From Nostoc punctiforme PCC 73102 (GTDB taxonomy: Bacteria; Cyanobacteriota; Cyanobacteriia; Cyanobacteriales; Nostocaceae), in the NCBI RefSeq assembly GCF_000020025.1, contig NC_010628.1, positions 3,600,001 through 3,632,000 on the forward strand: DNA of 32,000 bases, read 5' to 3'. Below are positions 1 to 8,302 of this stretch, one piece after another. The notes under the pieces are model-generated. The model searched no databases, had not been told where the DNA came from, and worked only from the letters and a program-made list of their open reading frames with translations. Position 1 is the first letter of the stretch; every line of letters starts with the position of its first letter. The position numbers and the translations under genes were made by a program.

Positions 1-326
1 TGCCAAACTGATAACTGATACTCTCCCCGTTGTGGATATAGGCGAATACTACCCAAAATAATTATTTGCTCACCGGCAACTGGCATTTGGGCGAGTTTTG
101 GCAATTGGCTATTCCATACCACACATTTAATTCCGGCAGTGCGATCGGTATCTTGCAGCGTGAAAAATAAACCACTGCGATGGTGGTTAGCACTGGAGAC
201 TTCGCCAGTTACCCAAACTTGCCGCAATTGTTCATCTTGCTCTAACAGCAAACGGATATAGTCAGTTAATCCAGATACTGAAAGCGCTGTATCGAGAATC
301 AAAGAGTCGGGAAGGTCGAAAGTCAT
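1..326 (-). CDS. xseA: Exodeoxyribonuclease VII large subunit, N-terminal part (gene runs off the left edge of the window)
   Basis: Absent from the ORF track because the window edge truncates it. Manual reverse translation from the ATG (complement of 324-326) gives MTFDLPDSLILDTALSVSGLTDYIRLLLEQDEQLRQVWVTGEVSSANHHRSGLFFTLQDTDRTAGIKCVVWNSQLPKLAQMPVAGEQIIILGSIRLYPQRGEYQLSVW with no stop. The pattern GEVS..H.SG..FF.L.D....I.CV.W followed by Y..RG.YQL is the OB-fold N-terminus of XseA as I remember it. Confidence 0.7.
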   Translation of the reverse strand, partial: MTFDLPDSLILDTALSVSGLTDYIRLLLEQDEQLRQVWVTGEVSSANHHRSGLFFTLQDTDRTAGIKCVVWNSQLPKLAQMPVAGEQIIILGSIRLYPQRGEYQLSVW

Positions 327-387
327 CAAAGATGCCTGAAAGCATTTGTGCTGGAGAGATTTTAGCATTTTTAATGAAACCCGAAGT

Positions 388-666
388 TTAACCGAGTAAA
401 CGCTTCAATCTTTTGTAGACATCATCATTGCGCTTACCGACTAAAATCACTTCTATTAAATCGCGATCGGGAAAATACCTGTAAATAATTCGATATTCAC
501 CACTATCAACTCGATATAAACCCTGATAACCAGATAGCTGCTCACTATCAGAGGGTAAAGGCTCAACATTCAAAGCCAAAACCTTTTTTGCAATCTGTGC
601 TGCTATTTTAGGCTGTAAACCGTTCAGAAAATCAAGAACAGTTGCTAGACCATCAAGCTTCGCCAT
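388..666 (-). CDS. Type II toxin-antitoxin system toxin, RelE/ParE family
   Basis: 92-aa ORF. The C-terminal half YRVDSGEYRIIYRYFPDRDLIEVILVGKRNDDVYKRL is the typical RelE/ParE core (R..G.YRIIY....I.V..VG.R..VY). It overlaps the upstream antitoxin ORF by 14 nt, the classic TA arrangement. Confidence 0.8.
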   Translation of the reverse strand: MAKLDGLATVLDFLNGLQPKIAAQIAKKVLALNVEPLPSDSEQLSGYQGLYRVDSGEYRIIYRYFPDRDLIEVILVGKRNDDVYKRLKRLLG

Positions 667-946
667 TAGCTAAATGCTTTAATGCAGATGTAAAAGCCTC
701 TGTACCAATCATTTTAGACTGACTCAGAGCAACTTCAGCAGCTTGACCAAAAACCATATCCTCTAATTCTTCCAACCGATTCATTAATTTTTGGTAGCTC
801 TCGGCTGAAATAATCACATGGCTAGGCCGTGATTGTTTAGTGAGTAGAACTGGCTCAGTAGTAGCCTTATCAAAAACCTCACCGTGTTTGTTACGAGCAT
901 CTGTGAGAGTATAGGTCTGCATAGACATTTTGACTATTTTAGACAT
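653..946 (-). CDS. Type II antitoxin, Phd/YefM family
   Basis: The N-terminus MQTYTLTDARNKHGEVFDKATTEPVLLTKQSRPSHVIISAESYQKL is a typical Phd/YefM fold signature. There are two in-frame ATG starts (946 and 928) created by an 18-bp tandem duplication, so the true start may be 928 (MSMQTY...). It overlaps the toxin ORF. Confidence 0.8.
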   Translation of the reverse strand: MSKIVKMSMQTYTLTDARNKHGEVFDKATTEPVLLTKQSRPSHVIISAESYQKLMNRLEELEDMVFGQAAEVALSQSKMIGTEAFTSALKHLANGEA

Positions 947-957
947 TTTGACTATAT
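922..957. repeat. Tandem 18-bp duplication containing a perfect 16-bp direct repeat (tagacattttgactat x2) across the antitoxin start codon
   Basis: Copies at 922-937 and 940-955 are identical. Each contains cat (ATG on the minus strand). Confidence 0.9.
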
Positions 958-1362
958 TTTAGCAGATAAATCTTCTCATCTCAATTCTGGCTTCACAGAA
1001 CTTGCTGCTTGTCAAAGCTGAAAGATTACCTAAAGCATTGAAAATCCCTTTACTACTACCCTAAAAGCTTTCTACATCAATCCCGACCCAATGAAGTCGC
1101 TGTAGATGATATGCTGATTGGCATAGCGATCGCTCCTAACTGAGCAACCTCCGCAAATGCTCACGAGTCCGGTTCTACTGACAGTGTTGTTTAGGTAATT
1201 TATTTTTTCAAATCCCTTGCTTACCCAGCGAAAAAAAGCTATCTCTGAATGCAAGTTGGTATCATTGTGCAAGACTACCCTAATCTGGTAGCGATCGAGT
1301 TACGATCTTGTTACACCCTTTTTTGATTTGAGAAGTCCTATTCCAGAATTTTCTGGTTAAAA

Positions 1363-1378
1363 TAGTATATCTGTTCTA
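1363..1378. promoter_or_regulatory. LexA-box-like operator upstream of recA
   Basis: TAGTATATCTGTTCTA lies 60 bp upstream of the recA ATG. It fits the cyanobacterial LexA consensus RGTACNNNDGTWCB with one mismatch (AGTAT-ATC-T-GTTC-T). A perfect 14-bp palindrome CCAGAATTTTCTGG lies just upstream at 1343-1356. Confidence 0.6.
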
Positions 1379-1437
1379 CTCAAACTCCCAGAGCAACACT
1401 CCTTAAAACCATATATTAAGAGGCATTAGACGCAGGA

Positions 1438-2517
1438 ATGGCTATCAACACCGATACTTCTGGCAAGCAAAAAGCGCTGACTATGGTGCTCAACCAGATT
1501 GAGCGCAGCTTTGGTAAAGGAGCAATTATGCGCCTGGGCGATGCCACCCGGATGCGGGTGGAGACAATTTCCAGTGGGGCGCTTACCCTAGATTTAGCAT
1601 TGGGTGGTGGTTTACCCAAGGGGCGGGTAATAGAAATTTATGGGCCGGAAAGTTCCGGTAAGACTACAGTAGCGCTACATGCGCTCGCCGAAGTGCAAAG
1701 AAATGGCGGTATTGCTGCCTTTGTTGATGCTGAACACGCCCTAGACCCTACTTATGCTGCTGCATTGGGTGTAGATATTGACAATTTGCTGATTTCCCAA
1801 CCTGACACTGGCGAATCAGCTTTAGAAATTGTCGATCAGCTTGTTCGCTCTGCTGCGGTTGATATTGTAGTTATTGACTCAGTAGCAGCACTGGTTCCCC
1901 GCGCTGAAATTGAAGGCGACATGGGTGATGCCCATGTTGGTCTACAAGCGCGATTAATGAGCCAAGCTCTACGTAAAATTACGGGTAATATTGGTAAATC
2001 TGGTTGTACCGTAATTTTCATTAACCAGTTGCGGCAAAAAATCGGTGTTACTTACGGTAGCCCAGAAACTACTACTGGTGGTAACGCATTGAAATTTTAC
2101 GCTTCGGTGCGCTTGGATATTCGTCGGATTCAAACCTTGAAAAAAGGTACAGATGAATATGGTAATCGCGTTAAGGTCAAAGTCGCCAAAAATAAAGTAG
2201 CGCCGCCTTTTAGAATAGCGGAATTTGACATTATTTTTGGTAAAGGTATTTCTACCTTGGGTTGTGTTGTTGACCTAGCAGAAGAAACTGGCATTATTAT
2301 CCGCAAAGGAGCTTGGTATAGTTACAACGGCGATAATATCTCCCAAGGACGAGACAACGCCATTAAGTATCTAGAAGAAAAGCCTGAATTTGCTGAAGAA
2401 ATTAAGAAACTGGTGCGTGAAAAGTTAGATAAAGGCGCTGTTGTTTCTGCTAACTCCGTAGCTAAAGCCAGTGAAGAAGATGAAGAGGAAGAAGTTGATT
2501 TAGAGCCAGAAGAATAA
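1438..2517 (+). CDS. recA: Recombinase RecA
   Basis: 359 aa with Walker [10 protein letters not shown], then [10 protein letters not shown] and the L2 loop region [24 protein letters not shown]. Full-length RecA with an acidic C-terminal tail. Confidence 0.98.
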   Translation: MAINTDTSGKQKALTMVLNQIERSFGKGAIMRLGDATRMRVETISSGALTLDLALGGGLPKGRVIEIYGPESSGKTTVALHALAEVQRNGGIAAFVDAEHALDPTYAAALGVDIDNLLISQPDTGESALEIVDQLVRSAAVDIVVIDSVAALVPRAEIEGDMGDAHVGLQARLMSQALRKITGNIGKSGCTVIFINQLRQKIGVTYGSPETTTGGNALKFYASVRLDIRRIQTLKKGTDEYGNRVKVKVAKNKVAPPFRIAEFDIIFGKGISTLGCVVDLAEETGIIIRKGAWYSYNGDNISQGRDNAIKYLEEKPEFAEEIKKLVREKLDKGAVVSANSVAKASEEDEEEEVDLEPEE

Positions 2518-2554
2518 GGAATGTGGATTTATTAATCTGCAATTTTGAATATGT

Positions 2555-2587
2555 AGTGGGTTACAAAAAGAGCTAACCCACTTTTTG
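2555..2587 (+). terminator. Rho-independent terminator of recA
   Basis: 9-bp stem agtgggtta / taacccact (2555-2563, 2574-2582) followed by a T run, 38 nt after the recA stop. Confidence 0.6.
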
Positions 2588-2639
2588 TAAAGGATTGATC
2601 GGTTATTCGTTAGGCATTTCTAGTTCTAATCAGGTAAAA

Positions 2640-2675
2640 GTAGGGGCACAAGAATTAACATTGTTGTGCCCCTAC
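2640..2675 (-). terminator. Hairpin terminator downstream of the FHA gene (possibly bidirectional)
   Basis: Perfect 12-bp stem gtaggggcacaa / ttgtgcccctac. On the minus strand it is followed by tttta. It sits between the convergent recA and FHA genes. A related GGGCACAA...TTGTGCCC hairpin occurs at 8209-8229. Confidence 0.5.
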
Positions 2676-2736
2676 GAATTGTATATATTTTACCCAATTG
2701 AAAATTATGGCAATTTTCAATTTTTTAACTGGGATT

Positions 2737-3459
2737 TTATGGTATTTGTCTGCTAAAAAAGCGGTCTAAAATTTCTGATTTCTGTTCTGAACTGAAGTTG
2801 TCATAATAATGTTCAAGGTTCTCAAGTAGTCGTGAATTTCTGAAAATCTCCAAATTCTCATCTACTTTCTCAGGTATATATTTTTGTTTATCACGGCGAA
2901 AAGAAAGTATTTCTACTTGATTGTCATTTTTACGATGCACAAGCTGCATCAATAACTCCATTGCTACAGTTGGCAAAACACGGCACGTATAATTCACAAA
3001 AAAATCAAAAGTCATATTGCCTAGACGGATGCGATCGCCATCTTCGAGCTTGATCGGCTCTAAAGCGCGATCGCCATTCACAAATGAGCCATTGGTACTG
3101 TTGAAGTCTATGAAGTAGAAGCCTTGATCGTCAATATATTGAATAGCCGCATGGCGACGAGACATATAGTTATCAGCAATGCAAATACCACTGTTCTGAT
3201 TACGACCTATTGTCCATATCTGCTGTGACTGTCGTAAACTTTGGGTCTGATTGTCGCACAAGTTAGTCATCAAATAAACAGTAGACGTATCCACTACACC
3301 ATGTACGTAACGTACCTTCATCTTTTTCAACGACGGTTGGGATAGGTTTTCTAGCTGAAGAATTTCATCTAGAAGGCTGCTGTGGTGTTCATACAACTTA
3401 AGAAATACTTGATATAAAGTTAATCGCCGTTCTATTTCTGTTTGTGCAAAGTCAGCCAT
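2737..3459 (-). CDS. FHA domain-containing protein
   Basis: 240 aa. The central segment WTIGRNQNSGICIADNYMSRRHAAIQYIDDQGFYFIDFNSTNGSFVNGDRALEPIKLEDGDRIRLG carries the FHA signature (G R ... S R .H A ... D..STNG..VNG ... L..GD.I.LG). Confidence 0.85.
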   Translation of the reverse strand: MADFAQTEIERRLTLYQVFLKLYEHHSSLLDEILQLENLSQPSLKKMKVRYVHGVVDTSTVYLMTNLCDNQTQSLRQSQQIWTIGRNQNSGICIADNYMSRRHAAIQYIDDQGFYFIDFNSTNGSFVNGDRALEPIKLEDGDRIRLGNMTFDFFVNYTCRVLPTVAMELLMQLVHRKNDNQVEILSFRRDKQKYIPEKVDENLEIFRNSRLLENLEHYYDNFSSEQKSEILDRFFSRQIP

Positions 3460-3862
3460 GATATATAAACCTTGTATTTATTGCCTGATTTCGGTTGTGA
3501 CTATTCTGCTTCAGCCTACAATCAGGGATAATTAATTAACTTTTCACTTTCTGCTGCCATCTGAAAACTTTAGTGGCTTAATAGCGTTATATTTTACAGC
3601 TTTTACTTACGAGATCACCTGTCGTTTATAGCAATAAGAAGCATAGAAATATCTAGGAAAAACTATTGTGATGCTTTATTGTTTATTGTAAATAATCATT
3701 TGTTATTTGTAACAGATGATTATTATAAAGATTTGATTAAGAATTGCCAATCGTTTCCGTATTTTTGCTAGATAATTAGATATTTCTTAATATTTGCAAG
3801 AGTGATGGCTATTGAGCGAACCAACTATAAAAATTCTGAGTTGTTCATGATAAATCAATACG

Positions 3863-3976
3863 CTTGGGTTAAGGCTAAAAACTAAAACTGGCGTAGGTTG
3901 AGTTCAGAAACGTAGCTTGTTTGCCGTTCGCGTAGCGTCTCCAAGGGAGAAGGGTAATGCTTATGCTTAACCCAAG
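3863..3976. repeat. Structured or MITE-like element bounded by an 11-bp inverted repeat
   Basis: cttgggttaag (3863-3873) and cttaacccaag (3966-3976) are perfect reverse complements. The interior contains cgttcgcgtagcgtctccaagggagaagg, related to the dispersed TCTCGTAGAGA-core repeats at 27361, 29192 and 31621. Confidence 0.5.
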
Positions 3977-3989
3977 GGTATTGTATGAT

Positions 3990-4027
3990 AAAAAAGATCC
4001 CCGACTTTATAAAAGTTTTCGGGGATC
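3990..4027 (-). terminator. Rho-independent terminator downstream of the Ser/Thr kinase gene
   Basis: 9-bp stem gatccccga / tcggggatc (3996-4004, 4019-4027). Read on the minus strand, the hairpin is followed by tttttt (complement of 3990-3995). Confidence 0.65.
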
Positions 4028-4271
4028 TGCGGGTTCCAATTCTCACAAATCAAATAGAATTGCGATATCTCATCTAATTGGTCAATTCTGAATAAATCTG
4101 AGTTTTATCAAGAAAAATAAGAGTTAATTTATCAAGCCAATAAGAAAATCGAAGCCTTGTGAAATAATACAGTTTAAATTAAGACTTTATCCTCTTTAAG
4201 CCTCCTTAGAAAGTAGGGAAATAGTCTGAAATCCAGTGACTTCCTCTGGCTCCAAAATCTTAACTTTCAAC

Positions 4272-5876
4272 TTACAATAAGCCTCGTTTACCATTGGGAC
4301 GGATGGTCATCCAATTTGTTTTTGCTAATGCTAGCTGCTCATCAGAAATCTTGGCACTAGTGAGATTAGCACCACATAGATTAGCTCCTCGCAGGTTAGC
4401 ATTGCTGAGATAAGCATTACTGAGGTCTGCACCTCGCAGGTCTGCCCCTTCTAAATCAGCATGGTTAAAGTATGCTTTGGTCAAATTAGCATCCTTGAGA
4501 TTTGCTTTACTAAGACTGGCTCTGCCAAAGTCACTATTGTGAAGATTAGCTCCCTGGAGATTGGTTTTTTGCAATTGAGTGGAATGGAAATTTGTTCCTG
4601 ATAAGTCAGCACCTTGCAGGTTCAACAAACTTAAATTGTGAAGAGCAAAATCTCGTCTTCCCTTTTGATAGGCGGTTAACAAACCTTGGGTATCTAGCTT
4701 ACGCTCAACTTTAGAATTTTGAACTTGCGAACCATTACTGTTGCTGTTAGCTAAAGTGGTTGATTTGCCCATCCCAGAAGCGTGGTGCGATCCAGCAGCT
4801 TCTGCTGCCTTAGCTCGTCTGGCACGAATTGCTGCTGCTACCTGTGCCACTCCTGCACTGGTTACAGCAACAGAAGAGTTGTTACATAAAACAGCGGAAT
4901 TTTCCAGGTGGTTGTGCGTTCGCTCTTTAGACCCAGTATCTGATTTAATCAGTAAACCCTTTGCTAAACTTTCTAAGTATGGTTCTATTTCCAATGCTCT
5001 AAGAACTTCTGCGGCTGACTGATAGCGATTACGTACAGAAACATCTAACATCTTTCGTAATACATTACTCAAGTGATCGCTCACTTGCACAAGTTGCTCC
5101 CATATCATCTCGCCAGTGTTGGGATTGTAATCTAAATCTTTAGGAGTTTTGCTAGTCAGTAAATAAATACATGTTACCCCCAGAGCATAAATATCACTAG
5201 CATATACTGGACGCATAGCCATTTGCTCTGGAGGTGCAAAACCAGGAGTACCAATCGCATAAGCAGTTAATGCTGTTTGTCCTGATTGACTGATTGCGCC
5301 TTGGGTGACTTGGTTTTTGACGGCACCAAAGTCGATAAGTACCATTCTGGCATCTTGAGTGCGACGAATTAAGTTGGCTGGCTTGATATCACGGTGGATC
5401 ACCTTTTGCTCGTGGATGTATTGGAGGAGTGGTAGAATCTCGCTTAAGAATTGCTTGACTCCAGTTTCGGTCAAGATACCGTTAAGTTTGACCTCCTCCT
5501 GCAAGGTATCACCACTGATATATTCTTGAACTAAATAGAATTGTTCATGATCTTCAAAATAGTCTAGCAATCTTGGTACTTGGGGATGATTGCCAATCTT
5601 ACCTAGAGTTTTGGCTTCTCGTTCAAAGAGTTCTCTGGCCATCTGTAAAACGTGTGGGGCGCTTCCTGATGGGCGTAATTGTTTGATTACGCAACTCGGT
5701 TCTCCTGGTAAGCCTCGATCGTTGGCTAAGAAGGTTGCTCCAAAGCCACCTTGACCTAATGGTTTGATCGCCTGATAGCGATCGCGCAACAGTAGTTGCG
5801 AGCCACAAGACTGACAACTTTGGCTATTTACCAAATTTTCTGGATTGGGACAGATAGGATTTAAGCAGTAGCTCAT
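4272..5876 (-). CDS. Ser/Thr protein kinase with N-terminal 4-Cys motif and C-terminal pentapeptide repeats
   Basis: 534 aa. The N-terminus is CLNPICPNPENLVNSQSCQSCG (4-Cys). The Hanks kinase motifs are GQGGFGATF, VIKQL, HRDIKPANL, DFG and GTPGFAPPE. The C-terminal ~115 aa are A(D/N)LxG-type pentapeptide repeats (LQGADLSGTNF...ANLRGANLCGANL). Confidence 0.9.
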   Translation of the reverse strand: MSYCLNPICPNPENLVNSQSCQSCGSQLLLRDRYQAIKPLGQGGFGATFLANDRGLPGEPSCVIKQLRPSGSAPHVLQMARELFEREAKTLGKIGNHPQVPRLLDYFEDHEQFYLVQEYISGDTLQEEVKLNGILTETGVKQFLSEILPLLQYIHEQKVIHRDIKPANLIRRTQDARMVLIDFGAVKNQVTQGAISQSGQTALTAYAIGTPGFAPPEQMAMRPVYASDIYALGVTCIYLLTSKTPKDLDYNPNTGEMIWEQLVQVSDHLSNVLRKMLDVSVRNRYQSAAEVLRALEIEPYLESLAKGLLIKSDTGSKERTHNHLENSAVLCNNSSVAVTSAGVAQVAAAIRARRAKAAEAAGSHHASGMGKSTTLANSNSNGSQVQNSKVERKLDTQGLLTAYQKGRRDFALHNLSLLNLQGADLSGTNFHSTQLQKTNLQGANLHNSDFGRASLSKANLKDANLTKAYFNHADLEGADLRGADLSNAYLSNANLRGANLCGANLTSAKISDEQLALAKTNWMTIRPNGKRGLL

Positions 5877-6153
5877 GCACTGTCAACTCGCTGCACGAAT
5901 AATCACGGGGAGCGTTACACTCTCTTTCAATTATTTAGACATTAATCAATTCTTGCCAGGTAATTTTTGCTGGAAATCCTTTGAAGACTTCCTAAAGTTT
6001 ACCTGGTATTACGTAAACGTCTACAAAAATAATGCAATTGATTATACTTATAATAACTAATCTTTGAGCTACTTGTTTACATTGCTAGAATAGCCATAAA
6101 TCTGAGACTTTGAATCCAAAATCCCAGTTACACTCGAAACACACCAAAATTGC

Positions 6154-6227
6154 CATCCAAAACTCAACCAAAATTGGTATTAGAGGGCAGTGCCCATCCT
6201 ACAAAAATCGCTGTAGGATTTTGGATG
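6154..6227 (-). terminator. Nested hairpins downstream of the squalene-synthase-like gene (terminator candidate)
   Basis: Outer arms catccaaaa / ttttggatg (6154-6162, 6219-6227), inner arms atcctaca / tgtaggat (6196-6203, 6212-6219), plus the palindrome gggcagtgccc (6185-6195). It lies 52 nt past the stop at 6279. Confidence 0.35.
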
Positions 6228-6278
6228 CCCAAATTTGGAGGCAATTTAGAATTATCTCCATTAGTTTTTAACAGACTA

Positions 6279-7139
6279 TTAGCTGGCTTTCATGTTCACA
6301 CTAATTATCTGTTCGATAAGTGCAAAAACATCACTGCGGCTGAGTTTCTCTTTACCATTAGCAAGAGCATCAAGGGTGCCATTAGCCAAGGTTAAGGGAA
6401 TTTGGCAAAAATCTAAAGCTGGGCCAGTAGGAAGGCCTTTGGTGTAAGCTTCTGCCAGAGCTAGATTGCGCCGCGCATACTCTTGCATATTTTCTGCACT
6501 CCAGCCTTCTGGAAAAAAGTCTACCCCACGCCTTAAATCTTCAGTGTGGTTACGCAAGATATTAACTGCTTGCAAACCGCGACCAAACCCAATCGCCTGG
6601 GTACGGTTCGTTTGTGTTCCATCGTACCAAGTCCATAAGTCCGAAAGTAACAACCCCACTGCGCCTGCAACCCCAAAGGTATAACGATCCAAATCAGATT
6701 CTGTATAAATTTTCCAGTTTCTTTCTGACCAGTAAGCCATTCGGTCTGACATTGCAGCAGTGGCATCCCAAATTCGAGGTGCAATAGTTTCAGGTGCTAA
6801 CAGCAACCATTCTCTAATCCTCAAAGTGACTTCTTCTAAGGTATTTTCATACCCATTAAATCCTGTAAAGAAAGCCTCTACTGCGAAGCCATCAACCCCT
6901 GCCTGCAATGTTAGGCTAATGCTTCTTAACAGCTTTGCTTTAGTCGCATTATCTATTTCGGGATGATCTTCAATTTCATCAATGGCACGCATACACAAAT
7001 ATGCTGATGCTACTGCTTCTTGTAATCCTGGCGGTAAAAGACTAATTGGGATATAAAAAGTTCGGCTAGTTTCCTTGAGGATTTGCAATGCATCTCTACG
7101 TAAATTCATGTTTCCACTCCCCGATTGATTTTGCACCAC
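6279..7139 (-). CDS. Squalene/phytoene synthase family protein (squalene-synthase-like)
   Basis: 286 aa. SRTFYIPISLL matches the SQS SRSF motif. The first Asp-rich motif is AIDEIED. The second-motif region NILRNHTEDLRRGVDFFPEGW aligns with the eukaryotic SQS segment NIIRDYLED....FWP as I remember it. Confidence 0.8.
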   Translation of the reverse strand: MVQNQSGSGNMNLRRDALQILKETSRTFYIPISLLPPGLQEAVASAYLCMRAIDEIEDHPEIDNATKAKLLRSISLTLQAGVDGFAVEAFFTGFNGYENTLEEVTLRIREWLLLAPETIAPRIWDATAAMSDRMAYWSERNWKIYTESDLDRYTFGVAGAVGLLLSDLWTWYDGTQTNRTQAIGFGRGLQAVNILRNHTEDLRRGVDFFPEGWSAENMQEYARRNLALAEAYTKGLPTGPALDFCQIPLTLANGTLDALANGKEKLSRSDVFALIEQIISVNMKAS

Positions 7140-7734
7140 ATGAAGTTTGCAGTTTTTTGATGATACTGGATATAGTTTTAACTAAACCTTAAAAACTATA
7201 GACTATAAGATACGCTAGTATTTCATCTAAAAATTAATAGTTTTTGGTGTTGCAATTAACATAACTCTCAAATTTATCAAAGTCTAGTCTAGTATATAGG
7301 CTTTTGGTTGCAAAAATATGTAAGGTGTTGTTTGATATAGCTTTCATAAAGTTTTAGTGTAGATATAAAGAATTATGCTAATATTTGGTTGATTAGCACA
7401 AAATTTCTCCATGAGCAAACATCCCTTTTAGGGATTTATAAAGTGTTTTAAGTCTGCGTTAATCGACTAACTTAGTGGATAAAATAGCCCTTGTCATGGG
7501 AAGCGTAGACACCCACCTGGATCAAAATTGGTCAACGGTGCTTTCTTCAGCATTTCTACGTTAGTTAGTCCAGCCAATTGTAACGCTTCTAACTCCTACT
7601 ACATCTCATCATATTGATTTTAGGTCTGGAGGAAAAAGATAGCTGTCAAGTATTTCCAAGTCGCAGTTAATGTTTTTTTGGGTAGCGATCGCCTCTCTTC
7701 TCTAGTATTAATTGCTGTTGTATAATTTTAGGCA

Positions 7735-8029
7735 ACAAGTTGTACGCCCTGTTTGCCGTGCATTTGTTCCAGTTAGTGGTACCAATAAGTTCAGTAAACT
7801 CGATAAGTGGACCGTTGTTCTTGCTGTTTGACCGCCATCAATGGGGCCATCATCCAGCATGACCACTGATTATTTTATCTGTGTGCTTACTTAAAGCACT
7901 TGACATCCATGCTATCCCAGCGCCGACAACGCACACATCTACATGAGTATTTTCGGTAAACACAGGTTGAATTAGGACTGCTGCCGTTGTCATCCAAATA
8001 GAAATAGTTTTACCAGAGTTGTGTCGCAT
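7735..8029 (-). pseudogene. Decayed N-terminal fragment of an FAD-dependent oxidoreductase gene
   Basis: From the ATG (complement of 8027-8029) the reading is MRHNSGKTISIWMTTAAVLIQPVFTENTHVDVCVVGAGIAWMSSALSKHTDKIISGHAG then a stop. The dinucleotide-binding motif VVGAGIAG is damaged (G to W). The expected continuation SVVMLDDGPIDGGQTARTT appears in another frame immediately after an in-frame TAA, and homology is lost after about 7735. Confidence 0.5.
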
Positions 8030-8208
8030 ATTTTTCAGAGTTTTAAGCTAAGCCTAACTTATCTGCTGGAAATAAAATTATTAAGGCAAGAGTAATGAAA
8101 AGGTAATCTTAAACCAAAGGATTCTGCACGCTTCACTTTGCTCTACACCGTATTTATTTTTTCACCTTGTTACTGATGGTATTTGGTATTTAAATTACAA
8201 AATTGTAA

Positions 8209-8229
8209 GGGCACAAATATATTGTGCCC
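8209..8229 (-). terminator. Hairpin downstream of the RTX protein gene
   Basis: 8-bp stem gggcacaa / ttgtgccc about 75 nt past the stop at 8303. On the minus strand it is followed by an A/T-rich tract with tttt. Confidence 0.4.
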
Positions 8230-8302
8230 CTATGTGTGCGATCTATTTAATTGAAAGTCGGTTAATGTTTGGATTACACTTCCACCAGTTTACCCAACCC
8301 AA

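Noticed and set aside
1072-1272. 66-aa minus-strand ORF in the recA upstream region
   Set aside because: No motif and odd composition. It spans a HIP1 site and A/T runs and sits in the recA promoter region, so it is probably non-coding.
1416-2021. ORFs 1416-1619 (-) and 1836-2021 (-) overlapping recA
   Set aside because: They are antisense to an unambiguous recA coding frame, with Arg/Ser/Pro-rich composition typical of antisense translation.
4741-5817. ORFs 4741-5022 (+) and 5623-5817 (-, alternative frame) inside the kinase gene
   Set aside because: They lie embedded in or antisense to the kinase ORF, which has complete Hanks motifs. Neither has motifs of its own.
5875-6395. ORFs 5875-6060 (+) and 6150-6395 (+) in and around the kinase/sqs-like spacer
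   Set aside because: They lie in AT-rich promoter or terminator DNA with hairpins. The second runs antisense into the 3' end of the squalene-synthase-like gene. Neither has a ribosome-binding site or recognisable motifs.
6466-6966. ORFs 6466-6684 (+), 6533-6784 (-), 6760-6966 (+) within the squalene-synthase-like gene
   Set aside because: They are alternative-frame or antisense ORFs inside a well-supported 286-aa coding frame.
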